From positions 1-64,000 of IMG/VR virus record IMGVR_UViG_3300025598_000024: 64,000 nt of DNA. The stretch is one strand, 5' to 3'. Within the stretch, counting starts at the first letter, position 1; the number at the start of each line of letters is the position of its first letter. Shown here one piece after another: positions 36,907-47,365 of the stretch. Below the pieces are notes generated by a model that was given only the letters and a program-made list of their open reading frames with translations, ran no database searches and had not been told where the DNA came from. The DNA comes from a virus. Both the position numbers and the translations under genes were made by a program.

Positions 36907-39900
36907 TCATGCACTTTCCTTTAGTAGATCCAGTCTGAACAGCCCACGCATGCTCAGCCCTTCCTTGAGCTTTTCTACCTCTGCGATCACTGGCTTTCCA
37001 GTCTCAAGATCTTTCTTGATCCTCTTGTAGGCCTCAGGGAACACAACGATCTGTACGCTCTCATCCTTGCTGGAGCTATCGCCATCTTCATCAGCGAAGT
37101 AGTCATCCTCTTCCTGGTGTAGCGGCAACTCTACCCAGACCTGGCACATCTCTGCGCCAGGGTTCTTGCCCTTCTTGGTGATCAGCTTCTTGATCTTGAC
37201 CACGATACCGCCCAGCATAGCACGCTCGCCCTGGAACATCAGCTTCTCTCCGGGGTAGTTGTGTTCGTCCTCAATCACTGCGATGTAGTCAGCGAGCGGG
37301 TCAACACTGACCATAGTACCAAGCAGCTCTTGCTCATGGTATCCACGGTCTTCAATCTTTTCTTGGTAATACGCGTAGCAATCATAGGTACTGACGGTGC
37401 TGCCACAGTGCTGGCATCCTATATTGCACCAGAATTCAGGGTTCTTGATCTCTTTCCTGATCGTACAGAACTCTTTGAGAGCTGTAGCACTATCACCACA
37501 GATGCTGTCAAACACTCCGCACTTGATCATTGCTAGCACAGCTCGCTTGTTCACCTTGCGAGCTGGCACGCGGTCAAGGAAGTCCTGCATGCTGGTGTAC
37601 GGACCCAGGTTACGGATCTCTACCGATGCACTGGCAACGTACTTGACACTGCTCAGGCCGTAGCGGATGCTACCACTCTTGGTGAGAGTGAAGTTGTCAC
37701 CGCTTTCGTTGATGTCAGGACCAAGAACCTTGATGCCCATGCGTCGTGCCTCACGGGTGTATACAACGTTCTCTGCGGGGTTGGTACGGAACAGTGCAGT
37801 CATGTACTCACGGGGGTAGTAGTGCTTCATCCAGGCTGTCCAGTAGGACAACATGCTGTAGCCATAGCCGTGGCTCTTGTTGAATCCATACATACCGAAC
37901 GCTCGCATGTCATCAAAGATTGACTGTGCTGTCTTCTCTTCAATGCCACGCTCCACACACTTGGAGATGAACACTGCTGCTTCTTCCAACATGTCTTCGT
38001 AGTTGGACTTGGATACTGCCTTGCGAACACGGTCAGTCTCAGGGATGGTGTAACCCGCCAGGATATGACAGGTCTCCATGATCTGCTCCTGGTACACAAA
38101 GCTGCCGTAGCTCACACCCAGGATCTTCTCCAGCTCCGGGTGCTTGTAGGTGACCTTCCTACGCCCCTCACGCTTCTGCATGTACATCTCGAGCAGGTTA
38201 AGACCTGTCTCAGGATCGAACGCTCTGGTGATACCCGGACGGTAGATGGCAATCATGGTACACAGGTCTTCGATGCTACGCGGCTGGAACCTCTTGACCA
38301 ATGCACGCAGACTGGATGTTTCGATCTGGAAGCAGCCGATGTTGTGACCAGTACAGATGCTGTCCCATACCGCTGGGTCATCGTAGTACTTGGCCCAGTG
38401 CTTGTTCCATTCATAGAAGTGATCGAACGGCAGTACGCCACCATTGTTCTCTTGAATCAAGCGTAGTGTCTCCATGAGTGTACTAAGAGTGCGCAGGCCC
38501 AACAGATCGATCTTGACAAAGCCCAGCTCATCTACCTCGTTCATATCAAACTGAGTGCGCACATCGTTCTTGGCAAAGCGCAGTGGCATAGAACCAATAA
38601 GTGACTCTTTACTAAGAACAATGCCAGCTGCATGAGCGCTGGTGTGGCGCAGATGGTTGACAAACTCTGGCAGGTTCTCGAACAGATCTGGATACTTGTT
38701 CATCCATGGTGTGTACTCACGGCTGTACTGCTTTACTACCTGTTCCCAGGTTGCACCACGGTTCTTAATGTTCCAATCATCATCGATAATGTCACACATC
38801 TTTTGTGTGTCATCACGATCAATCGCCAGGCCACGACAGATATCCTTGATGGCTTGCTTTGGGCCAAGGGTGTTGATGGTACCAATGCTGGCGATGTTGT
38901 ACTTGCCGTACTTGTTCTCCAGATGCTCACGCACCAGGTGACGCTCGTTCTTTGGCATGTCGATGTCAATATCGGGCATGCTAACCCGTTCGGGGTTCAG
39001 GAACCTCTCGAACAATAGGTTAGCAGGGATGGGATCAACAGTAGTAATGTCAAGACAATAAGCTAGTAGGCTACCACCAACACTGCCACGGCTGGGTCCT
39101 ACCAGGAAGCCTTCCCGCTTGCTCCATGAAATAATATCCTGCACTGTTAAGAAGTAACCAGGGAATCCTCGTGTGATAATAACATCCAGCTCGTAGTCCA
39201 AACGGTCACGGTACTGCTGCAGCATGTCTTCTGGCACACTGCCAACGATCTTCTCCTGAAAGCCAGCCTCTACATACTCTCGCAGCTTGCGCTCGTCCAT
39301 CTCAGGAGTAGAGAAGAACACTGGCATCTTTCTGGCACCAGGGATTCTTGCGTCACACATCTGTGCAATCTCATTGGTCCTGTTGATGGCCTGATCGACC
39401 AACACCTCTGGCAGGTACTCCAGCCGTTGGCGTGTCTCATGCTCTGAGAAGATGCACAGCTGGTTGGGGCCATAGTGGAAGCGTGTGGGATCATGTACAG
39501 TCTTACCCATCTGCACAGCTGTCATAAGTTCGTGTGCGAACCACTGCTCAGGGCGTGCGTAGTGACTGTCACTCACCGCCAGCAGTGGAACACTGAAGTC
39601 AACCGCTGCCTCAGCAACACGACGATTCCATTCAGCACTATCAGGATCCATGTAGGTGTGCAGCTCCAGGTGGAAACGCTCACCAAAGATAGCTTGAAAC
39701 CTGCCAATACGCTCTACTGCCTTCTCGTATCTGCCATCGGTTTGCAGGTGCTTTCCAATACATCCACCCATGCAACCACCGGTGACGATCAAGCCCTCCT
39801 GGTAACGCTCAATAAGTTCCCAGTCAAACCTGGGGTTACCGTAGTAGGTACCCTCGAGGTATGCCATACTGCTGAGTGCCCACAGGTTACGCAAGCCGGT

Positions 39901-40188
39901 GTCGTTTAGAGCGATCACCGTCATGTGATCGTAGAGCTCACCCTTCTTGCCACTCTTATCAAAGCGATCATCGGTGAAGTAACCTTCCATACCAAAGATT
40001 GGCTTGATGCCAGCCTTGTCAGCGGCGTGCTGCAGGCGAAGGTGGCCACCGCATTCTCCGTGGTCAGTGATGGCTACTGCTTCTTGATCAAGCTCAACTA
40101 CTCTGGCAATGACCTGGTCTACTGTGCTGAGCCCGTCCAGGGCTGAGTGCTCACTGTGGGTGTGCAGATGCACGAGCGAGTCTGACAT
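36907..40188 (-). CDS. dnaE: DNA polymerase III alpha subunit
   Basis: HLHTHSEHS PHP domain, RGS, MPDIDID, KIDLLGL, FNKSH. Confidence 0.97.
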   Translation of the reverse strand: MSDSLVHLHTHSEHSALDGLSTVDQVIARVVELDQEAVAITDHGECGGHLRLQHAADKAGIKPIFGMEGYFTDDRFDKSGKKGELYDHMTVIALNDTGLRNLWALSSMAYLEGTYYGNPRFDWELIERYQEGLIVTGGCMGGCIGKHLQTDGRYEKAVERIGRFQAIFGERFHLELHTYMDPDSAEWNRRVAEAAVDFSVPLLAVSDSHYARPEQWFAHELMTAVQMGKTVHDPTRFHYGPNQLCIFSEHETRQRLEYLPEVLVDQAINRTNEIAQMCDARIPGARKMPVFFSTPEMDERKLREYVEAGFQEKIVGSVPEDMLQQYRDRLDYELDVIITRGFPGYFLTVQDIISWSKREGFLVGPSRGSVGGSLLAYCLDITTVDPIPANLLFERFLNPERVSMPDIDIDMPKNERHLVREHLENKYGKYNIASIGTINTLGPKQAIKDICRGLAIDRDDTQKMCDIIDDDWNIKNRGATWEQVVKQYSREYTPWMNKYPDLFENLPEFVNHLRHTSAHAAGIVLSKESLIGSMPLRFAKNDVRTQFDMNEVDELGFVKIDLLGLRTLSTLMETLRLIQENNGGVLPFDHFYEWNKHWAKYYDDPAVWDSICTGHNIGCFQIETSSLRALVKRFQPRSIEDLCTMIAIYRPGITRAFDPETGLNLLEMYMQKREGRRKVTYKHPELEKILGVSYGSFVYQEQIMETCHILAGYTIPETDRVRKAVSKSNYEDMLEEAAVFISKCVERGIEEKTAQSIFDDMRAFGMYGFNKSHGYGYSMLSYWTAWMKHYYPREYMTALFRTNPAENVVYTREARRMGIKVLGPDINESGDNFTLTKSGSIRYGLSSVKYVASASVEIRNLGPYTSMQDFLDRVPARKVNKRAVLAMIKCGVFDSICGDSATALKEFCTIRKEIKNPEFWCNIGCQHCGSTVSTYDCYAYYQEKIEDRGYHEQELLGTMVSVDPLADYIAVIEDEHNYPGEKLMFQGERAMLGGIVVKIKKLITKKGKNPGAEMCQVWVELPLHQEEDDYFADEDGDSSSKDESVQIVVFPEAYKRIKKDLETGKPVIAEVEKLKEGLSMRGLFRLDLLKESA

Positions 40189-40239
40189 GTTGCTCCGTTC
40201 ATACTTACTTGTGGTTTACTAAACAGCATATCAACTAAA

Positions 40240-40310
40240 GGGTGGGTCAGTGGTAGCCAGCACCATTACTGGTTCAAAGTAACTGGCTACCACTGACGGA
40301 TAACCCACCC
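40240..40310 (-). terminator. long stem-loop between ssb and dnaE
   Basis: GGGTGGGT/ACCCACCC and CAGTGGTAGCCAG/CTGGCTACCACTG arms. Confidence 0.6.
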
Positions 40311-40314
40311 AGTT

Positions 40315-41121
40315 CTACCTGTTGGCCATCTTTCGTGCAAGACGCTCAGCAGTAGTTTCCTCATCGATAGTAGCGTAGTCGTCGTCAGCGTACTCTTCAT
40401 CGTCAGAGATAGAAGCAGCCGTACTGGCAGTCTCCTTCTCCTTAACAATGCCGTGCAGCTGTGCGTCGTAATACTCTTGGCTACCAATGCGGTTCAGGAA
40501 CCCCTCAACGTCAGGGGCAAACTTGGCATAACGTTCAGCCATTCCTTCAATCGGCTTTTCCTGCATGGCAATAGCCATGTAGGTGGTGTCGGTGCCAGCA
40601 CCGGTACGCATGATCTCGATCTCACGATCAGCAAGACTACCGAACTTCTCATTGATCACTGCGATCTGGTTCCAGAAGTTGCGCATGCCCTGGCTGACAA
40701 TGCCGACCCAAGGCTTGCGCTTGGTAACAGTCTTGCCATCGACAACTGCTTCGTAGGTGCTGGTCACGTCACGGTATCCGGTGAGCTTGCGCTGACCGTC
40801 AACCTCTTCGTAGACCTCTTCACGCAGCACGGCAACGCCGTACCCCATGTCACGCTTGTATGCCTTGGCTGCACACAGCTCGCAGCTGGCATCGAATGCG
40901 CTACGGCAAACGAACGTCTTGTTCTTGCCATCAACTGCCTTGACATTCTCGTGCACTGGCACAACAAAGATGTCGTTGGCATCAGTCAGGAAGCGGAGAG
41001 CCTTAGTCTCTCCGGCTCGCCAGTAGAACCAGTTGGTTTCGGTGTATGTCTTCGGCCCGCTGCTCCGCTGTGAACGCTCAATGCTTTCACGAACAGCTGC
41101 CATGCCCTTTTTCAGTGCCAT
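40315..41121 (-). CDS. single-stranded DNA-binding protein (gp32-like)
   Basis: LRFL...H..C...C..C Zn site, RTG.GTDT.Y, acidic tail; position in replication module. Confidence 0.7.
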   Translation of the reverse strand: MALKKGMAAVRESIERSQRSSGPKTYTETNWFYWRAGETKALRFLTDANDIFVVPVHENVKAVDGKNKTFVCRSAFDASCELCAAKAYKRDMGYGVAVLREEVYEEVDGQRKLTGYRDVTSTYEAVVDGKTVTKRKPWVGIVSQGMRNFWNQIAVINEKFGSLADREIEIMRTGAGTDTTYMAIAMQEKPIEGMAERYAKFAPDVEGFLNRIGSQEYYDAQLHGIVKEKETASTAASISDDEEYADDDYATIDEETTAERLARKMANR

Positions 41122-41177
41122 TGTTTTGGTTTCCTTGTGTTGTAGGTGTGTTTTGGTTTGGCGGTTACTGCTCTACC

Positions 41178-41206
41178 ATTATAAACGACTGCTGTCGCTG
41201 TGTCAA
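41178..41206 (-). promoter_or_regulatory. consensus sigma70/SigA promoter for ssb
   Basis: TTGACA-N17-TATAAT on - strand. Confidence 0.85.
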
Positions 41207-42234
41207 GCACCAACCGAACTGATTTGCCAGGCCAGTGAACCCACTGATTCTGGCACCTGCTCCAGTGTAGCAGGGTCATGCCCATCGGGTGTGTCAATCA
41301 CTCGCACCCTGGTGTATGAGGATAGCTCACGCACCAAATTCCGTGTAGACTTTCTGCCTGCCTCGTCACCATCCATGAAGATGGTAACACTAGAGAACTT
41401 GCGCAACAAATCAATCTGCTTGCCTTCCACCTTAGCACCAAACGTTGCTACCACGTTGTTAATGCCTCGGCTCTTCAAGACTAGCACACTCATCGGGCTC
41501 TCTACCACATAGATATCTTCCATGCTTTGCACGTTATCCATGTTGTACAGCCATGCTCCGCGAGGGAATCCCTTGCTGTTGCGATACTTGGGCAAGCCTT
41601 CTACATCCTGGATCTTTCTAGCGACCCAGCCGATCAACTTGCCATTCATGAAGTGTGGCAAAACAACCCTGTCCACTCTCACGCTGTGCTCCCCAGCATA
41701 TGAACGAGATACCTCAATCCTGTCACGGTCAACGCCGGTACGCATCTCTGCTTGTACCTGCTCGCTCACGCCACGATCAGTAAGGTAATCACAGGGCATC
41801 ACCCATCTGTTGATAATGGTATCACTATAGACTGGGATTTCTTCGCGCTTAACCGGTTCCTTATCGAAGACCCCCTTGAGGCGATTGGTGAATTCTTCTG
41901 TAGGAACAAGCCTTGATCCTTGCGACTCATTCCGTAGTAGTGCAACGGCATCGCTACGTGGCATTCCGAGCACGTTTGACACCAGCCAAGCCAGATCCCC
42001 TCCTCCGCACGTAAAGCAGTTGAAGAGAAGGCTGGATAGGTTAAGACTAGCTGATGGATTTGTATCTCCGTTTCGGTGGTTACCGAATGGTAGTGGGCAA
42101 CTATGTACGAGCTCGTCTCCTGATGGCGTGATATTTTGAGCACCGATAATATTGACAAGCACACTGTATCCATCCAGACCCGAAAGGTCTTCTTTAGGTG
42201 CTTTATCATATCGGTTACTCGCTAGCGTCTTCAT
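41203..42234 (-). CDS. dnaG: DNA primase
   Basis: CP..H...CFTC zinc finger; VVES, DGDEAG Toprim. Confidence 0.9.
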   Translation of the reverse strand: MKTLASNRYDKAPKEDLSGLDGYSVLVNIIGAQNITPSGDELVHSCPLPFGNHRNGDTNPSASLNLSSLLFNCFTCGGGDLAWLVSNVLGMPRSDAVALLRNESQGSRLVPTEEFTNRLKGVFDKEPVKREEIPVYSDTIINRWVMPCDYLTDRGVSEQVQAEMRTGVDRDRIEVSRSYAGEHSVRVDRVVLPHFMNGKLIGWVARKIQDVEGLPKYRNSKGFPRGAWLYNMDNVQSMEDIYVVESPMSVLVLKSRGINNVVATFGAKVEGKQIDLLRKFSSVTIFMDGDEAGRKSTRNLVRELSSYTRVRVIDTPDGHDPATLEQVPESVGSLAWQISSVGA

Positions 42235-43498
42235 ACTCACGAACCACTCTTAGTGCAGTGCTATCACGAAGCTCGAATGCCATCATCCAGCTCTTTAAGT
42301 TACTACGTCGACTCTTCAGGATATCCAGTACCAGTGCTTCGTTAGCCTTCATCTCCTTGGTGCATCCAATTCCGAATGCCCAGTCAACGATCTGCTCTAC
42401 CTGGCTGCTCAAACCAATGTTCGCCAGGCCACCACGGCCCTTCTTGCTCTTCATGGCTTCACGGTTGAACTGAGCCAGCCAGACACTGGCCATGCCCATC
42501 TCTCGATTCACACTAGCAACATCAGTGATTACCTCTGCCATCTGCAGGCTCTGGAAGTTGTTGGCTGTACCGTAGTTCTTCTCAGTTGTGATCCAACTTA
42601 GCTGGTCACCCACCATCAGGTCAGCTCCCCAGTGCTTGGCCTTGCTGTACAGCTCCATAACACTACGTTCGTTCTTCTTGCTGGGGCTGTCGATCAACAG
42701 GTACTCACCGTACTCCATGACCTCTTCTCGAGCTTCCTTAAGTAACTTAAGTTCAGCAGGAGTAAGTTGTCCTCGCTCGTATCGACCATAGGGTACACCA
42801 CTGGCCAGACAGTCCAATCGCATCAGGGTAAGCTCCTTGCGCAGCTCCAGGCTGGCAAAGTACACACGCTGCTTGCGTCGTGCTGCTTCCAGTGCAATCT
42901 GTGCACCCACCCAGCTCTTACCAACGTTCGGGATACCAACCACCACAGCCAGCTCACCCTTCTGGATGCCGTACATGTGGTCATTAAGTTCATCCCAGCC
43001 AAAGTAGATGCCACGCTTTTCGGTAGAAGAGTTAGCAACGTTGTCGATGTACTCGTTGACCCGTCGCTCGTATCCCTGACCGTAGATCTCAATGCGCTCA
43101 CGGGTGCTGGTGTCGCTCTGGATCTTGGTCAGGCTGCTGAGTGCAATGTTGATGCCCTCTTCTGGACTCTCTTCCAGCGCGTTAGCTGCCTTGAGCAGCA
43201 CGCTCTGTGTCATTGCCTTGCGGTACTTGGCCATTAGTTCTTCGATCAGAACACCCACCAGGTACTCCTGCTCTGGCCATTCGTTCCTGGCAAAGTAGTC
43301 AGCGAACTTGGTCTTTAGGAAATCTTCTGTGATGGTCTGCTTGAACTCGCTACGGATGTAGTAGTCCAGGCTGTAATCGAACAACTCCTTCACTCCTTCA
43401 TCGAAGAAGTGTTCACTGCGCACGCCCTTATTCCAGATATCGTTGAACGATTCCAGGTTGACAAAGTGTCTAACAAGGCTCTTCTCAATGTCTGCCAT
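42215..43498 (-). CDS. dnaB: DnaB-like replicative helicase
   Basis: GIPNVGKS, SLE, AQFNR, K.R. Confidence 0.9.
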   Translation of the reverse strand: MADIEKSLVRHFVNLESFNDIWNKGVRSEHFFDEGVKELFDYSLDYYIRSEFKQTITEDFLKTKFADYFARNEWPEQEYLVGVLIEELMAKYRKAMTQSVLLKAANALEESPEEGINIALSSLTKIQSDTSTRERIEIYGQGYERRVNEYIDNVANSSTEKRGIYFGWDELNDHMYGIQKGELAVVVGIPNVGKSWVGAQIALEAARRKQRVYFASLELRKELTLMRLDCLASGVPYGRYERGQLTPAELKLLKEAREEVMEYGEYLLIDSPSKKNERSVMELYSKAKHWGADLMVGDQLSWITTEKNYGTANNFQSLQMAEVITDVASVNREMGMASVWLAQFNREAMKSKKGRGGLANIGLSSQVEQIVDWAFGIGCTKEMKANEALVLDILKSRRSNLKSWMMAFELRDSTALRVVREYEDASE

Positions 43499-44298
43499 CA
43501 GATAATCTTTCTTACTTGTCCGGTCTTAATCTCATCCAGCGTACGGTTGCGTGCAAACTCTCTGTAGTCCACACCATCCATGTTGTGTACGATCATGCGT
43601 TCCTTGAGCAAGGAGAAGATAGCACTACCATAGCCCTCGTTCAACTCTTCGATGGTCATGTTGGTGGTGATGAACGTTGGACGGTTGTCTAGCGCACGCT
43701 GACGCAACACATGATCAAAGGTTGCTTCGCTCAGGTTGTTCTTGGTACGAAACTCCTTACCAATGTCATCCAGGAAGAACACGTCGCTCTTGACCACCTT
43801 GGCCTCAAAACGCATCTTGTCCTCGTTGCTACCCCAACCACGTGTGAACTCGTCAACCATCTGAGTGAACGTGGCGAAGTATACATCATAGCCAAGCTTG
43901 ACCATCTCCTTGGCAATCAGGCTGCTGAGCAGTGTCTTGCCAGTGCCCCAGCTGCCGGTGTACATTACACCCATACCACCCTTGATGAAGTCACGGTGCT
44001 GGCTAAGGTAAACCTGTGCAAGATCACGTGCCTTCTGGTCACCGTGGAAGTCAGACCATCCCAGGCGCTGGTAGTTCAGGCCAATACCTGCCAGTAGATA
44101 GTGCTTGTACAACTGCAGCTGTGCCTTGCAATCGCCGCAGATTCTGTCCTCACAAGTAGGGCACCCAGCCTTACTAAAACTATCAAACTGTGGGTACTTT
44201 TGCTCTAGGTAATCCTTGTCACCATCGTTCAAGAACTGATACGTGAGATCCACGTAGTCCTTGCCCCAATCAAATAGCGAATCTGTTAAGGAACTCAT
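43498..44298 (-). CDS. DnaC/IstB-like helicase loader ATPase
   Basis: GSWGTGKT, LDDIGKE, ITTN. Confidence 0.88.
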   Translation of the reverse strand: MSSLTDSLFDWGKDYVDLTYQFLNDGDKDYLEQKYPQFDSFSKAGCPTCEDRICGDCKAQLQLYKHYLLAGIGLNYQRLGWSDFHGDQKARDLAQVYLSQHRDFIKGGMGVMYTGSWGTGKTLLSSLIAKEMVKLGYDVYFATFTQMVDEFTRGWGSNEDKMRFEAKVVKSDVFFLDDIGKEFRTKNNLSEATFDHVLRQRALDNRPTFITTNMTIEELNEGYGSAIFSLLKERMIVHNMDGVDYREFARNRTLDEIKTGQVRKII

Positions 44299-44734
44299 CG
44301 GTTGCCATTATCCCTTCTGTACTAACCCTGTTTTCTTTCTTGATCCGGTTCTGCTGCAGCTCGATGTACAGCTTGTCCTGAATCCACTTGCTGCCCTTGG
44401 TGAAAGCTGTGACTGTCAATACCATGTTGTCCAGTTTGCCAGCATGCTTGTCAAACAACAGCTCGATCATTGGCCCAGCGTCAGCGCCGTAGCGTTCGAT
44501 AAAGCTCTTGAAGATAGCGATCTCCTTCACCCACTCTACAATGTACTCGAAGCCGTGTGCTTCCTTGTAGCGGTTGGCAAAATATAGCAGCAGCTCTTTG
44601 GCTGTAGGCGCTGCCAGCGATACTTCAGTTACCAGCTGTTGGATGTTGTCGGGCTGTTCCAGCTCTTCATAGTCATCATAGCTGTCGCTGTCGTAATCGC
44701 CGGGCTGTCCATCAAACGTTTTCTCGCTTACCAC
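44270..44734 (-). CDS. hypothetical protein, possible replication initiator partner
   Basis: immediately upstream of the DnaC-like gene. Confidence 0.6.
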   Translation of the reverse strand: MVSEKTFDGQPGDYDSDSYDDYEELEQPDNIQQLVTEVSLAAPTAKELLLYFANRYKEAHGFEYIVEWVKEIAIFKSFIERYGADAGPMIELLFDKHAGKLDNMVLTVTAFTKGSKWIQDKLYIELQQNRIKKENRVSTEGIMATDEFLNRFAI

Positions 44735-45083
44735 GGTTCGTGCTCCTTACTGCGTTGAACTCACTTGACCTGCCTGCAAACGTACTGATCTTATCATTGA
44801 TCCAGTTGCGCGTCTCACTGTCATAGTCATCCAGGTCACGGCCTGTCGGACCAATCGCTGACACATTACCACGGCTGATCAGCATGAAGCGCCACTTTAC
44901 CTCAGGCACTTCACGGTCTAGCTCTTCGTGCCCATAGATCTGAATCCAGTTCTCGTCCAGCCCACACAAGAAACCCTCGTAGATGAAACCATCGCTGAAC
45001 ACTCTGATCTCTTTCTTGCGTGATGACATGATGGCCAGATTCCTTTCGAACATCTGATCATCGGGTTGTGCTAACTTACTCAT
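44712..45083 (-). CDS. possible Sm/Hfq-like fold protein
   Basis: IRVF.DG..YEG.L.GLD..WI.I...MLISR.NVSAI resembles Sm1/Sm2. Confidence 0.45.
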   Translation of the reverse strand: MSKLAQPDDQMFERNLAIMSSRKKEIRVFSDGFIYEGFLCGLDENWIQIYGHEELDREVPEVKWRFMLISRGNVSAIGPTGRDLDDYDSETRNWINDKISTFAGRSSEFNAVRSTNRGKRENV

Positions 45084-45088
45084 GATAT

Positions 45089-45343
45089 TTACTTTCCTTC
45101 CGGGTTTTCCCAGTTGATGTTACCGAACCACTTGTCGAATACATCTGGACCAAGATCAAAGTCCAGCTTTTTTACTCTGCTGTTTGTTTGCTTTGGCTTG
45201 TAGATGTGCTCAACAAGATTGTATGCAGCTACAAATGGCAGCACAACAATGAACACTGGCAGAGTGATGATGAATAGCAACGTCATAACCACCACCAACC
45301 ATACCTTGATTATTGCACTGTTCTTTTCTAGCATCTTAAGCAT
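45089..45343 (-). CDS. membrane protein
   Basis: long hydrophobic N-terminus. Confidence 0.65.
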   Translation of the reverse strand: MLKMLEKNSAIIKVWLVVVMTLLFIITLPVFIVVLPFVAAYNLVEHIYKPKQTNSRVKKLDFDLGPDVFDKWFGNINWENPEGK

Positions 45344-46387
45344 CTATTCCTCCTCATATTTTACATAGATTTCAAAATCATCAACAATATCATACTGTTC
45401 AAAAAAGTCTGGGAACTGCATGTCACCGATCTCACAAACTCTTGGCAACATCATATCACACACCTCATCGAATGTATCGTCATCATCGTAGTGCACTGCA
45501 ACAGTGCTGATACTGTCCCTGTATTTTACAATGAACTCTTTGATTTCTTCAAGGTCATTCACCTGTACCAGCCTGACATCACCATATAGTGGTTCAAACA
45601 GATCCTTATCACTCAACCTGCTGACTCTCAAATAGTATGACGCATACTTGGAGTTAATATATTTTTCTGTGAAGTCGCTCTTACGAGTAAATGGCAGCTT
45701 ATCTCTGTACTCTTCTACAGCAGTAGAAAATACTGTGACCATACATCCGCTTATCATCTTGATAATATCTTTTGTTATGGGTCCAATGACAAAATAAAAC
45801 TTTGGAGCAAGACGACCATGGCCATAGTAAGCCACGAAATCAAAACAGATCTCAGCAGATAGAACGTAACTTATATCCTCAGACTTGATAATGCCAAACG
45901 AAAATCGCTCCGGGTATTCCCACACAGCTCTGTCAACTGTTTCATAATCACGGTACATGCTTACAGTATTTTCATTACCATAAACAATAATATCTGTCGC
46001 ACGCTGCAGAGCGTTGAACCATCTGTCACTCAGGGCCATGCCTTCGAAGAATGGTGTGTGAACATTATATTCTATTCCATCAGCATGATGCTCTAGAACA
46101 TTCTGTGCCAGGAACATATCATCCAGGTGAGGGCTTCTGATGTCAATGCTCTCAGCACCAGATAACTTAGCACAAAGAAAGATGCTCTTAGCGAATACGC
46201 CTGGGTTCTCGTCGCCACCAACAATAACAAATCTTCTGCCTGACGGGGTGAGGTCCTCTTCAAAGATGCTTGGTACTTCTAAGCTTTCAAAAAGCACGCG
46301 GTAGTCAGACGAAAGAAACCTGCCATACTGTTCTAAGACAGTTGCCATGTCTAGTGAAGGGTTGACGACCCAGCTGCTATTCAGCAT
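45344..46387 (-). CDS. divergent LuxC/acyl-CoA reductase-like protein
   Basis: IIVYG.ENTV...RFSFGI...D...Y.G.G(R)LAP; C-terminal IG.MQ.P. Confidence 0.5.
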   Translation of the reverse strand: MLNSSWVVNPSLDMATVLEQYGRFLSSDYRVLFESLEVPSIFEEDLTPSGRRFVIVGGDENPGVFAKSIFLCAKLSGAESIDIRSPHLDDMFLAQNVLEHHADGIEYNVHTPFFEGMALSDRWFNALQRATDIIVYGNENTVSMYRDYETVDRAVWEYPERFSFGIIKSEDISYVLSAEICFDFVAYYGHGRLAPKFYFVIGPITKDIIKMISGCMVTVFSTAVEEYRDKLPFTRKSDFTEKYINSKYASYYLRVSRLSDKDLFEPLYGDVRLVQVNDLEEIKEFIVKYRDSISTVAVHYDDDDTFDEVCDMMLPRVCEIGDMQFPDFFEQYDIVDDFEIYVKYEEE

Positions 46388-47360
46388 CCAGGTGGCCTAG
46401 CTCACGAAGGAACCGGTCACGTGACAGGTTCTTTGCCTTGCTCTCTGTCTGGATATCGAACTGTGGCATGAAGGTGCCAGCCCACTGGACCAGCGCACTG
46501 TTGGTGTAGTACTGGCTGTGTGCTCGCATTGCCATGCGGTTGTGACCATCGCTGAGCATTTGTGCGTGGTCTGGAAGAGCATCGGCACGGTAGTTATCAA
46601 GAATGTTTTCACGAGGCGAGCTGAAGTGGATCACTGGTCGTTGACCACGCCAGCTATCGATAACCATCTGCACACGTGGGTCATCCGGCTGAATGAACTC
46701 TGCTTCCTTGACCCAGTGGTGGTGGATATCCAGCACCAGTGCGCAGTGCTCTGCCAGCTTGAGCGATTCGTCAAGACCCCAGCTGATCTCGTCATTCTCG
46801 ATGGTGATCACGTTGCGTGCTTCTGTTGACAAACGTGGGAGAACATCGATAATGCCCTGTGCACCCTGCGCGCCGCTGATGTGCACGTTGCACTTGAAGT
46901 CCTGGAACTTTTGTCCGTATCCCATCCAGCGGATCATGTCACAGTGGTACTCGAACTCATGGATGGAACGCTCTACCACATCTTGCTTGTCACTGGCAAG
47001 CACGGTGAACTGACCTGGGTGGAATGACAGGCGAACGTCAAGCTCACGTGCCAGGTCACCGATCTGCTTGAACCTGTCAGCAAGAATGACTTGAATGTCT
47101 GGCTTCTGCCAGAACTTCTGCCAAACCTCGTGAGTATACATGGGCAGAATGTCACTGCCCAGGCGAACCATACGGGTGATCTCTGGCCCTGCGCCAACGT
47201 TACGGATCAGCTTCTCAATGGCTGCCAGGTTGTGGTGCATGATCTCACGCATACGGATCTCAGCATCACGCATGGTCTGGCGGTTAAGCCAGGCAACTGT
47301 GGTGGAGCGCATGTTGCACTCGTCGTCACCGATGTACTTACAACAGAATCCTACTCGCAT
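46377..47360 (-). CDS. uvsE: UV damage endonuclease
   Basis: RLSFHPGQF.VL.S, IENDE, LDIHHH, H.S, AHS, ESK.K. Confidence 0.93.
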   Translation of the reverse strand: MRVGFCCKYIGDDECNMRSTTVAWLNRQTMRDAEIRMREIMHHNLAAIEKLIRNVGAGPEITRMVRLGSDILPMYTHEVWQKFWQKPDIQVILADRFKQIGDLARELDVRLSFHPGQFTVLASDKQDVVERSIHEFEYHCDMIRWMGYGQKFQDFKCNVHISGAQGAQGIIDVLPRLSTEARNVITIENDEISWGLDESLKLAEHCALVLDIHHHWVKEAEFIQPDDPRVQMVIDSWRGQRPVIHFSSPRENILDNYRADALPDHAQMLSDGHNRMAMRAHSQYYTNSALVQWAGTFMPQFDIQTESKAKNLSRDRFLRELGHLDAE

Positions 47361-47365
47361 GTCCT

